This document shows positions 24,495 to 38,781 of a stretch of DNA of 64,000 bases, piece after piece (the stretch's first letter is position 1; every line of letters starts with the position of its first letter). Source of the DNA: Chrysomallon squamiferum (lineage: Eukaryota; Animalia; Mollusca). Location of the stretch: positions 3,410,001 through 3,474,000 of the forward strand of contig CM022672.1 in NCBI GenBank assembly GCA_012295275.1, written 5' to 3'. Under the pieces are notes generated by a model. That model saw only the letters and a list, made by a program, of their open reading frames with translations, made no database searches and was not told where the DNA came from. Made by a program: the position numbers and the translations under genes.

Positions 24495-26439
24495 TTATTT
24501 TTTTGTTTTATTTTATTTTATTTTATTTTATTTTTAATTTTATTTATCGCAAGGCCTAGTGAGAATTTCCTTGACTTATTACATTATTCGACCAAAATCC
24601 CATTGTATTGAACTGTCTTTTCTGCTCTCCTCTGAAAGACAATCAGCCATCAATGTGGACTATAATGAAGTAATATATATTGCTGGAAAGAAGCCTAGAC
24701 GAAAGAAACAGTTGTAGTTGCATCAGACATTTTACACATACTTTTCCTTTGTTTTCATTTACCTTTAAAATTAAAATAATATTTTAAGAAAACACGGATA
24801 TTTTTATACATTCTTTTTTAAAATTTGATTTTAAATACAAAATAAGAAAGTATAATGAATTCTAAAATATCTGGTATACGTGTCTTGGCATTTTTTAATT
24901 TTATTTATTTATTTATTTATATTTTTTTTAATATTATCTCTCCTCTTATCTTTGAAACATAGCTACACTCATGGTATATTACTACTACTATTCTACTACT
25001 ACTACTACTGTTACTGACAATAATAATAATCCAATAACAACAATAACAGTAATCTACTTCTTCTTCATGGTAATGTTTGATTCTTTATTTTTGTTAAATG
25101 AGAATGAGAAAATGATATGTTGTATTCTGATTTGAATTCCTGATTTTTATTTTCGCTGATTTTCATGTTCATATGATAAACAGATGAAATGAATGTCGTA
25201 CCCACACACACACACAAAAGGCCGTAACTGGGATATTTTTTTGAAAACTAAAATTTAAATTTATTTGTTTCTTTGTTTGTTTGTTTATTTATAAGTTGTT
25301 GTTGTTTGAGAACTAGATAAATTAAGTGTACCAACAGATTTGAACCTTCATAATACAGCTTATAGGCGTATCAGCTACAGGCAATATTTTCTTCTTCTTC
25401 TTTATTTTCTTTTTAATGTTACCAATTCAAATATGGGTCAGAATGTATTTCTAAAATTGTAAGAAACATAAATACAGTTAAGTCACAGTAAATAAAAATA
25501 ACAGATCATTTTACAGACAATTGTCAGAATTAGTATTATTTGCTGTTTTATGGCGTGAACTTTACAAAGTTGTCACCTTTATGCATCATTTATCATTTAC
25601 CTTTTGTATTAATTTCATGAAAATAAAATTATTTTGTTTAATGTTTTTCTCTAATGAGAGTTCGACATTTACTATTTCGGAAATTTCCACAGTTTCAGAC
25701 ACTTAAACTCATAAACACAAAATAAATAATTCAGTTAATTAATTAAAATTAAATACATTTTTAAAATAAATATTAAAATGTTTTCGTAATTAATCATCCT
25801 TCTCGAATTAAGTTTTAAGCCTAAATCGATACTACAGTGCACCCTTGTAGAAATAGTGTACCCTTCAAAAAAATAGTCTAAAGTTTACTGTTAAATTTTC
25901 TAAGTTGTTTTGTTTTCTGTAATCCTAATTAACAATATCAAAAGAATTATATTTTTAAAATATCAGGATGCCGCTAAGGTTATGAAATCACTGACGGATT
26001 TATTTGCTTCTTTTAACGTCCGAAACATTATTATGCTTAATAATTGTTAAAATGTTTTTTTTTAAATAATATTTTTTGTTTATCCTTCATATAAAGAATA
26101 TTTCCACCCCGGATTCATAATGAAATTTGATTTACTTGTAATGTTTATGTGATTTATTAAATGCCAAAATTTAGACTGTTTTGCATCGTTATTGTTTAAG
26201 GTGAACAAGCAGAAAGGCATATTTAATTAATAAAAATCGAACGGATCTTATAAATATATTGTTATCCAACGGTTAAGTGTAGTTTGGAGTGCCCATCTGC
26301 TTGTATAATTGCAAAGGGGTGCGCTACTGAAAATATTCCAAAACCGGAATTTATTTGTCAAAGTTCCATTCAAAAGTTTCAAAAATATAAATTCATGCAT
26401 CCGTTTGATCACAATGCACTTCTACCCTTATGTACGATG

Positions 26440-27128
26440 CATCACGTAAACAGACAGGAAATAACAGAACATTTTAAATAAATTCGATATTTCCTTTGGA
26501 TTCAATTTTATAACTTTTTAAGTTGCGCACAGTATGAACTACCTATGAAATTAAACAAAATAATTCGACGGAAATGGACGGAATACGCCGAATTAAATAG
26601 ATTGGTTTCCATTTTATCTTTACGTGCCGCTTCTGTTTTACTATTTCACTGTGACTTATGAACTTGGGGAATTTTTCCCTTTATAAAGTTAATTTGTAAA
26701 ATATTTTTCATTAAAAACTTAAATGTTTATTATGATTTCTTTTTCAACATATAGTACACTAAAAACTTAGTGTGTCTTTTATTTTCCTATTTGTTTTTGT
26801 TGATTCGAAACTACTCTCTAAACTAATGCATCGTCACTTCCTGTTTTGAGTCATTTCAATTTTTAACATTCGTAAATTGTCATTAAGACCAGCTCGACAG
26901 AATTGTCGAATTATAACATTAATATCAAGAGTCAATTTATTATAATTTATACATACTAAAAAGACATTAAGATTAATTAACGGGAATATCATCATATGTG
27001 TGCATTTATATAGTAAAGTTGCGAGGTACTCCTGCTACCAAGCAACTTCACTCTGGTTCAAAGCAAACTCCTTGTAACCTGAGAGATTGAACCATATTGG
27101 TAAATATCTGTTGTGTGATCTTATACAG
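26440..27128 (+). promoter_or_regulatory. Probable YKT6 promoter and non-coding first exon
   Basis: CpG-retaining stretch with ETS-like sites (caggaaat ~26455, cggaaatg ~26568, cacttcctg ~26835); candidate donor ACAG|GTAATT at 27128/27129; several AG acceptors just before the YKT6 ATG. Confidence 0.4.
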
Positions 27129-27582
27129 GTAATTAGTTTATACTGCTTTTAAAATTATAATAAATATGTTATTTTTATTACATTATTTTCTGAAATGTTT
27201 TACAATGACTTCTTATTTTTATTTATTTTGTTTATTATTCATAATCGTATAAATACATAACATATATAAACATGCATATGTAGTTATTTGAATGTTTCTA
27301 ATTCACACTGTGAATAAAACTAGAAAAACCAAACAACGAGAAAGGAGATGATTGAAATATATGAGAGTTGAAAGTTTATTTATCATAAAGACTAGGGAAA
27401 ACCCCCAAAACAATACATTTTAATCCCTCAAAGTGAATGTGTACATGTAAATAATTTTTTTGGACATGCACCACTACTAAATCATTTCAATTTTGTATCA
27501 TATTGTAATCAGCCTAATAATAGTATTTATAAATAATTTAAATATATTTTACCTTACACTTACAGACACAGATTATACAGCC

Positions 27583-27689
27583 ATGCGTCTGTTTTCGTTG
27601 TCAATTTTGTTCAAGAATGCAGATGGGAAAGTGCAGCAGTTGCAAGCTGCACATGATGTTTCATCCTTTGGATATTTTCAGAGAGGAAG
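27583..27689 (+). CDS. YKT6: YKT6 coding exon 1
   Basis: gccATGC start; donor GAAG|GTCAGT. Confidence 0.94.
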
Positions 27690-27738
27690 GTCAGTAATAA
27701 CAATTTTGTTGAATTTATATGTTAAATTGGAAGTGGAA

Positions 27739-27794
<56 letters not shown>

Positions 27795-29631
27795 CATGTC
27801 TAAATGTATGTCTGTGTAAAACATATATATATATGAAACAGTTTAAAAGCACTGATGTTTAATAATCTATATTAATTTGGATTTTAGTTTTATTAATGGG
27901 TTATCTCATATAATTTATAATATTTTTGATTTAATTAACAAAAGATTTAATAAAATGTAGAGATATAATCATATATTCCAAAATATGTGATATGATATCT
28001 GTTTAAAATAACATCACAGCATTGGTCATAATTTATTTTTTAAATATAGCAATTAGTAATACCATGATGATAGTATATATATATATATACATATTATCTC
28101 ATTTAATATCTCTCAACTTAATGTTTATAATCATTGATCATAAGATTCATATGTGAATTCACATTAGTATTAAAATATTTGAAAAGAATTCATGTTCAGT
28201 GAATAATGTCCTGGTGCCATATACATCATTGGTTATTAATGTTTGAACAAATAAGTGTTTAACATCTTGTACTTTGCTTTTAATAGGTTTACATAATAAA
28301 TTCCTTGCAGTCTTCAAATAATGAATAAGCTGCATTTTGTCTGAATGTTGAACAACTTATGTTGTCTGTAGTATACATATTTATACACATTTGGGATATG
28401 AATATGCAGTGTACAGCCTGAATTTTAATAATAGATATAAAATATTTTTATTAATTTTGTAATACATTATCAACAGGTGGATGTAGCAGAATATTGATGT
28501 AAATTTCAGTAAGTGTATTGATACATAAAGTGTTGTATTCAGCCAATGTTTGATCGCATGTAATATTTAATTTTTTTATTATATTTATTATTATTTTTTA
28601 ATTTTATAAAGTATTCGTGAGTTTATGGAGTTCACTAGTAAAATTCTTGTTGAGAGGACAGCTGTTTGTTCAAGATCATCAGTTAAAGAACAAGGTATCT
28701 GCAAATGTTATAAATAAAAATTAATGTATTTTAATAACTAGTTTACCCATTTTTTCCTCTTTTTTTCTTTCACTCTTCTTTTTTCTTATTTATTTATTTT
28801 TATTTTTATTATATTTTTTATTGCCTTCATAAATATGAAAATGCAATACTTTATCTTCAGTATGAATGGAGTAAATTATTGTTTTGCTCACTTGTGCAAA
28901 CTGTAATGCTAAAAACAACAGTGAATAAAATTTTCCAAAGTTGATTATTTTTAATATTTATTTTTTAGTCTGAACTATTTAATGTTTATATTTTTAGAAG
29001 AAAAACAAAAAACAATACTATTTTTGATAGTATATGTCAACATTTTTTTTATTATTATTCTTTTTTCTTTTTTATCAGCAGAATATATCAGATCTGAATA
29101 TTTTTTTTTACCCTAAATACATTATTTTTCTGATATTATAAATCTGTGCTTGTTTTTCATAATTTTAACAATATTTGTTTTTAAATAAAATTTTCACATT
29201 TTTAAATTTATATACTTAATAACTTATGTATTTTTATTTATTTTTTCTCCTAGAATATATTTGCCATGTTTATGTACGCAGTGATTCTTTAGCTGGTGTG
29301 GTTATTGGTGATCATGAGTATCCAAAACGAGTAGCACACACACTTCTAAATAAGGTATGTTCCCAGAGTTGAAATATTCCATTAGTAATTCTGTGATTCT
29401 GAATGATTTATGAACCATTTGTGATATTAAACTTATACTTATCGTGTTTTTGTTTGTGGTATTCATGTAATCACTTATTTGTTTGTGATTTGATCTAGAT
29501 ACCCAGCTAAAGGTGACAAAATGTTATATACATATATAAAGCCATTTTTATATATTTATAGTTGGAGGCAAGTTGTAAAATATATTCACTACATTTATGT
29601 ATCTATGTACAAGTCATTGTGTGTGTGTGTG

Positions 29632-29681
<50 letters not shown>

Positions 29682-29697
29682 ATATACATAACATACT

Positions 29698-29759
<62 letters not shown>

Positions 29760-31585
29760 TTAATAAATGTATGATTTTCTTGACAGGTGCTAGATGAATT
29801 TAGTACTCAGTATCCTAAAGGAACTTGGAATATACCTCAAAGGTAACTTTTTATCCTCTATTTTTCTAGTTTCTTTTATTGTTTTATGAACTTAAAACAA
29901 GGGTTATGATGATTTCCACATCCTGAATATAAATAAATGAAGTTGTTCACATTTAAGCTACATACTGTTTTATATCTTAATTCTGACTTTTATTAGTTAC
30001 CTTTAAAAGTGATTTGGTATTAAATAAGTAGTGTTACTGTTCTTTTGTTTTTAGTTGTTAGGAAATTTATTACTTTGGTCATGTGTTGTCTTAATTTTGT
30101 TAAAGAATATTGTACATCACATATTGCAAATGTTGTTCCGAAGTGTCTGTCACTTTGTAAAATTAATGCTAATGAAAGATTGTTAAAAATGTACAAACTG
30201 TCACTTCCGTGCCTTCATTTTAACCTTAAAATTAAACTATGTTATTGATGTTAAATTAATCTGTATACCATAAACAGACAATACTTACTACAGAATTTTA
30301 ATATTTAGAATTGCAATGTTATTTCAGTGATATAAATTTCCCAGCTTTACCTCAGTACTTGGAAAAATATCAGAACCCAAAACAGGCTGATGCCATGACA
30401 AAGATTCAAACAGAATTAGATGAAACAAAGATAATTCTTGTAAGTTAAACAAAACAAAATAATAATTATTTTTTGTTTGTGACACATTAATAATTTGTAT
30501 AAGGAACTGTTATACTGTGTATAATGTACATGTTGTTATGCACTGTAGTATTTTATCACTTTATAACAGTATCTCCCATTCTGAGGCTGTCATGAATAAA
30601 TTATATCTGAATAAATTTGATAATTTCCTTCCATTGTTTTGGATAACATTTGTTATTAGAAGATAACTTAAACTGAGATGAATGCATACTATTTAATTTT
30701 TTATGCAATTTTTTATATTTATCTAGTAATGTTCCAACTAAAGAATTTTTTTTATTTTTTATAATACAGTTCAAATCTCTCTGTATTTTGCTGAGTTAAA
30801 CATTCTACTTCTGATTTATCTCACTGTGTATTCTAATATAGTTCCCTATCTATAACAATCTTTTTTTAAATATTTTTTAATCTTCTTTCTTTTCTTTTTT
30901 AATAGATGTGAAAAGTTGTAATTTTAATTTCGATAATGCCTCTGTTGATTTTAGCATGACACTATTGAAGCTGTTTTAAACAGAGGAGAGAAACTTGATG
31001 ATTTGGTGGACAAATCAGAAGGATTAAGTACACAGTCAAAGGCCTTCTATAAAACAGTGAGTTTTCATCACACACACACATGTACATTCACACAGACACA
31101 GAAATATACCTCTACACATACATACAAGCAAATAACGTAAAAATATTTGTTTAATACAACTTATTTAATGTGGGTTTTTTCAGAATGTTTAACTGTGATA
31201 AATAATATATAATGTTATTTCAAAACAGCTAAAATTAATAAAAACCAGAACAATAGTGTCATAGTGAAGAGGAAGCTCTGGATAATTGCATTTGTTTCTT
31301 GATCTTTTTCACTATATATTAAATGTTCATATTTACTGACACAAACACAGCAGGTTTATTTTATTAATTCTGATTGTTTCTATCATCATTAGTATAATCA
31401 TTTCATTGTTATTTTATAAAGACAGATTATTTATTAGAAGAGTGTCAAAAAATATGTAACTAACAAATATGCATTAATAAAATATTGTTTATATATATAT
31501 TGTTTCATTTCATTTTATATTTTCCCTATTTTTACTTATTTCTCCACAGGCTAAGAAAACAAATCAGTGCTGTAGAATTCTATGA
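27583..31585 (+). CDS. YKT6: Synaptobrevin homolog YKT6 (longin R-SNARE), 198 aa; join(27583..27689,28612..28694,29254..29354,29787..29842,30328..30439,30955..31056,31550..31585)
   Basis: Translation [11 protein letters not shown]...[28 protein letters not shown]...[33 protein letters not shown]...[69 protein letters not shown]. All introns are GT-AG and the exons sum to 597 nt. Confidence 0.97.
27740..27792. repeat. (GT)n microsatellite
   Basis: Perfect GT run in YKT6 intron 1. Confidence 0.97.
28612..28694 (+). CDS. YKT6: YKT6 exon 2
   Basis: ttttataaag|TATTC (AAG acceptor)...CAAG|GTATCT; encodes [16 protein letters not shown]. Confidence 0.94.
29254..29354 (+). CDS. YKT6: YKT6 exon 3
   Basis: ttctcctag|AATAT...AAG|GTATGT; encodes [23 protein letters not shown]. 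Confidence 0.95.
29619..29756. repeat. (GT)n-(TACA)n-(TA)n compound microsatellite
   Basis: Ends about 30 nt upstream of the YKT6 exon 4 acceptor. Confidence 0.95.
29787..29842 (+). CDS. YKT6: YKT6 exon 4
   Basis: ttgacag|GTGCTA...AAAG|GTAACT; encodes [18 protein letters not shown]. Confidence 0.92.
30328..30439 (+). CDS. YKT6: YKT6 exon 5
   Basis: atttcag|TGATA...CTT|GTAAGT; encodes [37 protein letters not shown]. Confidence 0.94.
30955..31056 (+). CDS. YKT6: YKT6 exon 6 (SNARE core)
   Basis: ttttag|CATGAC...ACA|GTGAGT; contains the R-SNARE zero-layer motif RGEKLDDL. Confidence 0.96.
31550..31585 (+). CDS. YKT6: YKT6 terminal exon 7 (CCaaX)
   Basis: tctccacag|GCTAAG; encodes [11 protein letters not shown] followed by TGA. 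Confidence 0.95.
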   Translation, partial: AKKTNQCCRIL

Positions 31586-34500
31586 GAGAATTTCATCATT
31601 TTAAATGTTTTGTATGTTGTGCCATTCTTGAGTGAACCACAGTGAACTGAATCAGATCAGGATTTTGTGATGTCTAGTGAACACCACTGTCAAACAAACA
31701 CCCCACCATTCCTGTGGCATGTCTGACATCATCAGTGCTATTTTCTGACAAAAATAATTAAACTATAAGATTTCATGCCCCAGTAAACACATGAACCCAA
31801 GGAAATTTTCTTCTAATTCTGTGGAGAAAAAGAATGATATTTCAAAAAGAAGCCGAATTGTTTTATTTTCATTTAAATTTTTTAAGTTTTTAAATTTTTA
31901 TTTTTTTTATTTATATATTTTTTTAATATATATTATTTTATTTATTTATTTGTATTTTTTTCAAACAATATTTACCTGATACAGAAAATATTAGTTTCTG
32001 TGAAATGCTATGGCTTTAACTGTTTTATCGACTGCAAATGTTGATCATTGACAGACATTTGTGACAGAAAGTGTGCATCATTAGGACAGTTAGTTAGGAA
32101 GTAACAGTTTGCTTTGTGCAATTGAAATATAAGACATGTAACAATATGTGCATGCTTTTGCTCTTTCTTTTTTTAATATTGGTTTGTTTCACAAGTTTGT
32201 ATTCATTTAAGACCAATATTTTTTGGTCATGATGTGAAAGTTTATGACTAAATGTTTATGATTTTAAAAATGCTCTGTTAATAGATATTATGAGTGAATG
32301 GAAGTGATTATATTGATTTTTTGCATTGCAAAAACAAAAACAATAAAAATAATATATGTTATGAACAAATGTATATTTATATTATCTATCATGGTAACAA
32401 CTTAAATGTTGTCTTTGTCTTGGTTGGGTCAGTGATGTATGAAATGTTGTATACTAATACAAGTATGAAGTTTGTGATAAAAATAAATAGTTTTTTTTTT
32501 TATTTAATTTGAAAGTATAAAATTTCATTGTTTACATTTTTTTTATTACTTGTATTTTCTGTTCTTTTTTCTTTGTTTTTTAATACCATTATCTGCAAAT
32601 AATTGTTTTTCAGAATTTTTTTTTTAGAAATATCTTTCCAGTACTCTTTCCAGTACAAGATTAGTAATAAATAGTTATGAATTTTATTTATGTTAATGTT
32701 AATGTGGTTTCTTTTGATTTAATATTAGGAATAGTTGAGACAATCTGGATATAAAGCTAATTTGTATAAAATAAAATGTTTAGATATGTTAAATAAGTAT
32801 ACCAAGCCAGTCCTCTTTCCTCAGTTATTTTAGCTATATTTCCATTTTAACTATGAAATCTAAATAAAACATTTTTTTTGACAAAAGCAGCAACTTTATA
32901 TTCTAAATGAATAATAGGTGCAGTGCTGCCTGCTTTCAACTCACTATATATTTTGAATACATTTTTTTATTTTTAACTTTATCATCTTAATGTCTCAGTT
33001 TATGTACTGTTTAATGAAGTATACTTTTCATTCAGCAAATATGAGGCTGCCATGAAAAAGACTGTCTATCCTTTGTCTGTAAATATAAGATGTAAGGAAA
33101 TTTAGGATGAAATTACAAGATTGTAAAAAGATGTTTGAAAAGAAGCAAAAAGGATTCTTTTTATTTGTAACAAAAAAGTGTTTTAATCTTTTTATACTGA
33201 CTGACAGTTAACAGGGAAGGAAAAAAAAAAACCCACACATTTGTATAGAAATATATTCCTTGAACATAAATGAAAATTGTTCCTGAAAGAATGGTTTCAT
33301 TCTGTTGATTTCCATGGATCATGTAAATAATAAATTAACATGTATACAAAATTATAAATTTTCAGTAATAAATATTTTAGAAGCCAAAAACAGAACTCTT
33401 TTAAAGGTTAATTTAATTATTATTTTAATCTGCATGTTTTCATTTGCATCAATTAATAATAATAAATGCAAATTTAGAAAATATTTTAATTTATTTATTT
33501 TAATTTTGTTTTTTTTTTATTGACAGTCATGTGAAAAAATACCAACTGTGAAGTTTTAAACACAATAATATTCTGTCATCCAAAATTTTGTTCAAAAATA
33601 AAAAAAGCCCCGGTGGAATTATATTCAGTTATAGAATAAATACAGGGTGTCTGGTAAATCATTTTTCACTTCATTAAAACTCTGTACCTGAGTTACAGTT
33701 TTAGTTCTCAGTTACAGAATGATAATTACTTGAAAAACATTTTAATACATTCCTGTAGAAAACATAATTGTTATCATTATGTATAAATCAGTGCTTCTAG
33801 TCATGTCATTTACATTGGCTCTGTGTTATATACATGATTAACATCATGGGGTGATAAAGAGTTGAGATTTCTGCAGATTAAAAAATTTGTTTAGTCTCTA
33901 ATAAATAGAAAGTACTTGATGTAAATGCTTTATTTCATGTGCTGAGAAGACAGATTTTAGAAACAGAAATATATAAATCCCTGTTTATGGTTTTGTCATA
34001 TTTCAGGTTATTGTTTCAGTTTAACTAATGGGTTAACCGTTATTTTTTGGAGAGAAGAAGGCAAGAAAATTTTCCATAAAGTTATGAAATAAAGGTTATA
34101 ATATATTTGATTGATACACAGACAGGAAAATGTGCAAATAAATAGCCAGTGATCTGTTAACTAGGATATATATCATATGAGTTAATAAGATTTTGTGGCT
34201 AAGATATTGCATTTTGTTTTACTCTTCTTTTTTTGTCTTCATATTAATGCATACAAATTGTTTTCAGCAAAATCAGTGAATAACTTTGAATTTTGTGTTT
34301 ATTAATGTGATATGCCTTTGCTCAATTTTCATGTAATTTTATCTGTTAGTTTCTCTCCCATTATGCAGTTTATATAACTACATTGCACATTATTTTTTGT
34401 ATAAATTACTGAAACTGTTATTTACCAATAGAATTACTGTTAAACAAAATCTAAAAATGTGACTTCTTAAGGAATGTCATTTAAAAAACATTTCCTTAAT

Positions 34501-34814
34501 GCAAGAACCCAAGCAGTTAAAATTTTAAACCAAAAAAAAAATATATATATATATTTACTAAGTAGTTAATATTTTTAGCATTATGTGTTGTTCTCATGCT
34601 GTTTTTTTAAGATTAATAATGAGATGCTCATGTGCTGTTTGGCCAGTCAACATGTAGAGACCTGAAAATGGAGTTGCAAATTTTGCCTTGGGGAACTTGG
34701 GGTCCAAAGGGTTCAAATTTAAACCCATATTCCAATCAGTTAATGTCACTGAAATAAATAATGATGTAATGAATGTGGAATAATTTCATAATTGTGTGAC
34801 AGATGTACTGAAAT

Positions 34815-34848
<34 letters not shown>

Positions 34849-36159
34849 TTTTTTATCTTTTTATTATTATTATCTTTTTTTAATTATTATTAATTAATTT
34901 ATTTATTTATTTATTTTTTATCTTTTTATTATTATTAATTTTTTTAATTATTATTATTAATAATTTATTTATTTATTTATTTGATTTCTCGTTTTACTTA
35001 TTTGCACCCTTGCAGTCTCATGAAAGTTGTATATGATAATCTAGGAAACAGATACCTTTTACCATCTCCCTCATAAACTTGAATTTTGTTTAGTGAGATC
35101 AGTTCAATATGTTGTTTGTTTTTATTTTTTATTTTTTTTTACTTTCAATTTCATATAAATACATTATGAAATGCTAAACTTGATGTTAAAAGTTGTTGTT
35201 TAGGGCATCCTATCATCATTCCTAAGAATATATGACAGTGAAAAAAAAGAATACTAATAATCAGCTATTGTATATATCTGGAGAGAACAGCTGAAAAGAA
35301 ATCTTCATGATGGATTAATATGATTCTGCTCTTAGTAGTCACTAGTTAGAAATATTTGATGGAGAAAAAAAAAAAAATGATGGAAAAAAAGAATAATGAA
35401 AGGGTACATGTAATGTGAATAAATAATACCAGTTTCATTCATGTCCACCGATGTTTAAAGATTTATTATGTAGCCTATATGTATATATTATTATATATTA
35501 TTATATATATATATACCCTTGTCACATTTGTCTCCATAAATAAATTATCATTGAATTATTTGTTTTATTGTTTGTTTGTTCATCTGTTATTAAAGCAGCT
35601 GCTGCCAGAAGGAAATGAAATACAGTCAGTCGCTTATCGGTCAAAAAGTTTAGTGATTTCAGTTTCAAAAAGAAAAACAGTGAATTAGAGACCAAGATGA
35701 TAAATATTTTGTTTTCTGTATTTTTTTTATCATTCTTCAAACCATTAAATGGTGTTCAAGCTTAAGAGTACAATTTTCTTTTTTCTTTTTTCTTTTTCAT
35801 TTTATTTTTTTTTTTTTTTTTTTTTTTTGTTATAATAAAAAATTAAATGTTGCAACCATTCCATAGTTTTAAACAATAAAAACTGGATAAAACAAAAGTT
35901 TTCTATTCATCTTTCCAGACACAAAGGACCTTTAGTGGCCTTCAGTGTACATTATGGAACAGTGCCTGGTATGGCAAAACACCAGTGAGAACTAGTTATG
36001 CAACCAAACATTTTTACAGATCGGTGTAGCACTTTATCCACATGCTAAAGCCATTACCCCAATTATATGCAAATAATAATATTAAATGATCACAATTTGT
36101 GTTACCTAATATTAAGAACATATATACAATTAATTTGGGCAACTAAATACATTTTTTCT

Positions 36160-36335
36160 TCAGCAGTTAACAGCAAAAGGATTTTTTACATACATCTTCC
36201 CATAGACAGAAAAGACAGTATTAAATATTTGATAATCTAGACATAATGCACCAGCCGGAATAAGAAAAAGCCAAGTGAGTTACTCAGAGATGTGTGGAAC
36301 CAGCAACCTGTTGTACCCCAGGACATCTGCTCTAA
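36160..36335 (-). mobile_element. Decayed SINE copy (same family)
   Basis: taacagcaaaaggattttttacatacatcttcccatagacag...gcaccagccggaataagaaaaagccaa resembles 8925-9035. Confidence 0.45.
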
Positions 36336-38680
36336 TTTCCATGCAACAACCTTCCCCAGCAAAAAAACAACAATTACATATTGAAAAATATTGTTTATGT
36401 ACCTTTTGTTTTGAAAAGGATTGTAACATTTGTAATGTTTAGAGTGAAACTGCTGCATTCAGATTTTAAAACGGCAACAGCTAAATAAACAAAAACAAGA
36501 ACCATCGTTGAATATTTTATTTGTTAACATACTTGATTCAAGGGCATTACAAACTGTTGTAATCTACATGAAAGTTGAGCACTACAGGGAATGAAAACTG
36601 TAGCTGTGAATTTATTCTAATAGGCCATTATTTTGTACAGTGGACAAAACATAAACAAATTTAACAAAGGTTGCCATTTGTTTCATATGCAATTTTTACT
36701 GTACAAAGAGAATATATATATATATATATATATATTGAATTTAAGATTATTTGTACAATCGTTGGCCATTTACACAGTGCTAAAAATAACTCTTAAAACA
36801 ACATCACTGATTTACATAAACAGAAATTGCGATATTCATACACATGCGAAACAAAACCTTTCACTGATCAATAATGTACCAGCTCTCACTGAATTAAACA
36901 TTGAAAAAAAAATTAAAAATTTAAAAAATATTTTTCAAAATAAGCAGATTTAATAAACTTGTAAAAAATTTATACATTCCTATTATACAGAAATTGGTGT
37001 TTTCAAAAACGATTGTTTTTAAACGTGAGATATAATTTGAATTAAGCAAAGTATTTCTATTTTATTTCATGACTGATTGAAGATAACAATTAATTTTTTG
37101 TTGATAATCTGTTAACAAATCTAACACACTATAGTTACACAGTAATAGTTAATTATGAAAATATTAATGTTCAGATCAACAGACAAGTTCTACTGCTAAG
37201 CTATTTTGCACTGAAAAAAAAATGTATAACCAAATAAGTAATTTATTTCAACATTACAAACCATAGTGTCTACTTGATATTCTTTTTAAGATGGCTGGGA
37301 CCAGATAGACTATTAACATGGCAGATTGTTGTTAGACTTTTAACACAAGTTGTGTTTATTTAAACAGACTTTTAATATGAAAAGTTGCTGTTTATTCAAA
37401 CAGACTTAACATCACAAGCTGTTATGTTTACATAAAAAGTTTTAACATAAGATACTGCTGCTAGCTGAACTGATCATTATTTGACACAATAAAGTAATTT
37501 TGATTTATATATCCTCATGTACATTATTGTTTTTCAGAAGTAGTGGACTACAATTTTGTTAATGGATATATATATTTTTTTAATATGACTGCAGTTATCA
37601 GCTGAATTAATTTTTAAACAATTTTTTATATATATATTGCTACAAATAAATATGATCAAAATAAAAATTCAATTTTTAAACTAATTTCAGAATACATATT
37701 TTAATAAATTAAGTAGACACAAAATATTTCTTCTATTTCAAATTAGCTATATTTTGAACAAAATATTTTCATATAAATGTCTTTAAATAAATATGGTTTT
37801 GTAATACATTTCCTTTAATTTCTGTTCACCATCACTTAATATAGCTACCATTTATATTTAAAAGTTTAAAAAAAATATATATATAAACATATATTTTTAA
37901 TGTAATATTCAATTTAAAACCATTTGAGTATTACCCAATTTTGTGCTGTGCTTATTCTGCTTTGTTAAAAATCTTCTTTAAAGTTCTTTGAAAGTAAATT
38001 CTACAAAAAATCAAATGAAATAAATTATATACACAGTTCATCAAAGTAATTTGTTTTTCTTATTTCATAAAACCAAACTTTGCTAACAATAAAGTATGAT
38101 AATAATATATTAAACCCACAGTCATAGTCTGTTTCCTGAAAATAATTAATGAAATAAATTTTACAACAATCCCTCATATATTAATGTTTTAATGAATCTA
38201 AATTGACTAAAATGATTAAAGATAAAAATATTTGCTTAAAACTTCTTCTTTTTTTAAATATAAAAAATAAATAATGAAAATCAAAAATAAATAAATACTG
38301 CTATAAATGGAAACTTGAAAACATTCAGATTCAGTACATTTATTTACTTTTTCATAATATAACTTTTCATTTTGAAGTTCCTTTTTTTCTTTTCCATATA
38401 GACATATTATATTTGTTGCCAAAAATGCACTTATTGTATTTAAATGCAAAACAAAACACAAAGACAACACATTGAATTGATACGTGTATTTCATTTTCAA
38501 ATAAACATTTCATCAACTGACACCATCAGTTATGTCTATAATTAGTCTGTGTGTATGTATGTCTATGTTTGTGTGCATTACCATTATATGTACATTATAT
38601 ATGCATCACCATTGATATATGTACACATCTGTAAGTGTATATAACTATATATGTGCATATTTCTTTTACTAGTGTATATT

Positions 38681-38718
38681 TGTGTGTGTGTTTGTTTGTG
38701 TGTGTGTTTGTTTGTGTT

Positions 38719-38767
<49 letters not shown>

Positions 38768-38781
38768 GTGTGTGTGTGTGC
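38681..38781. repeat. Imperfect (GT)n microsatellite
   Basis: Visible directly in the sequence. Confidence 0.93.
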
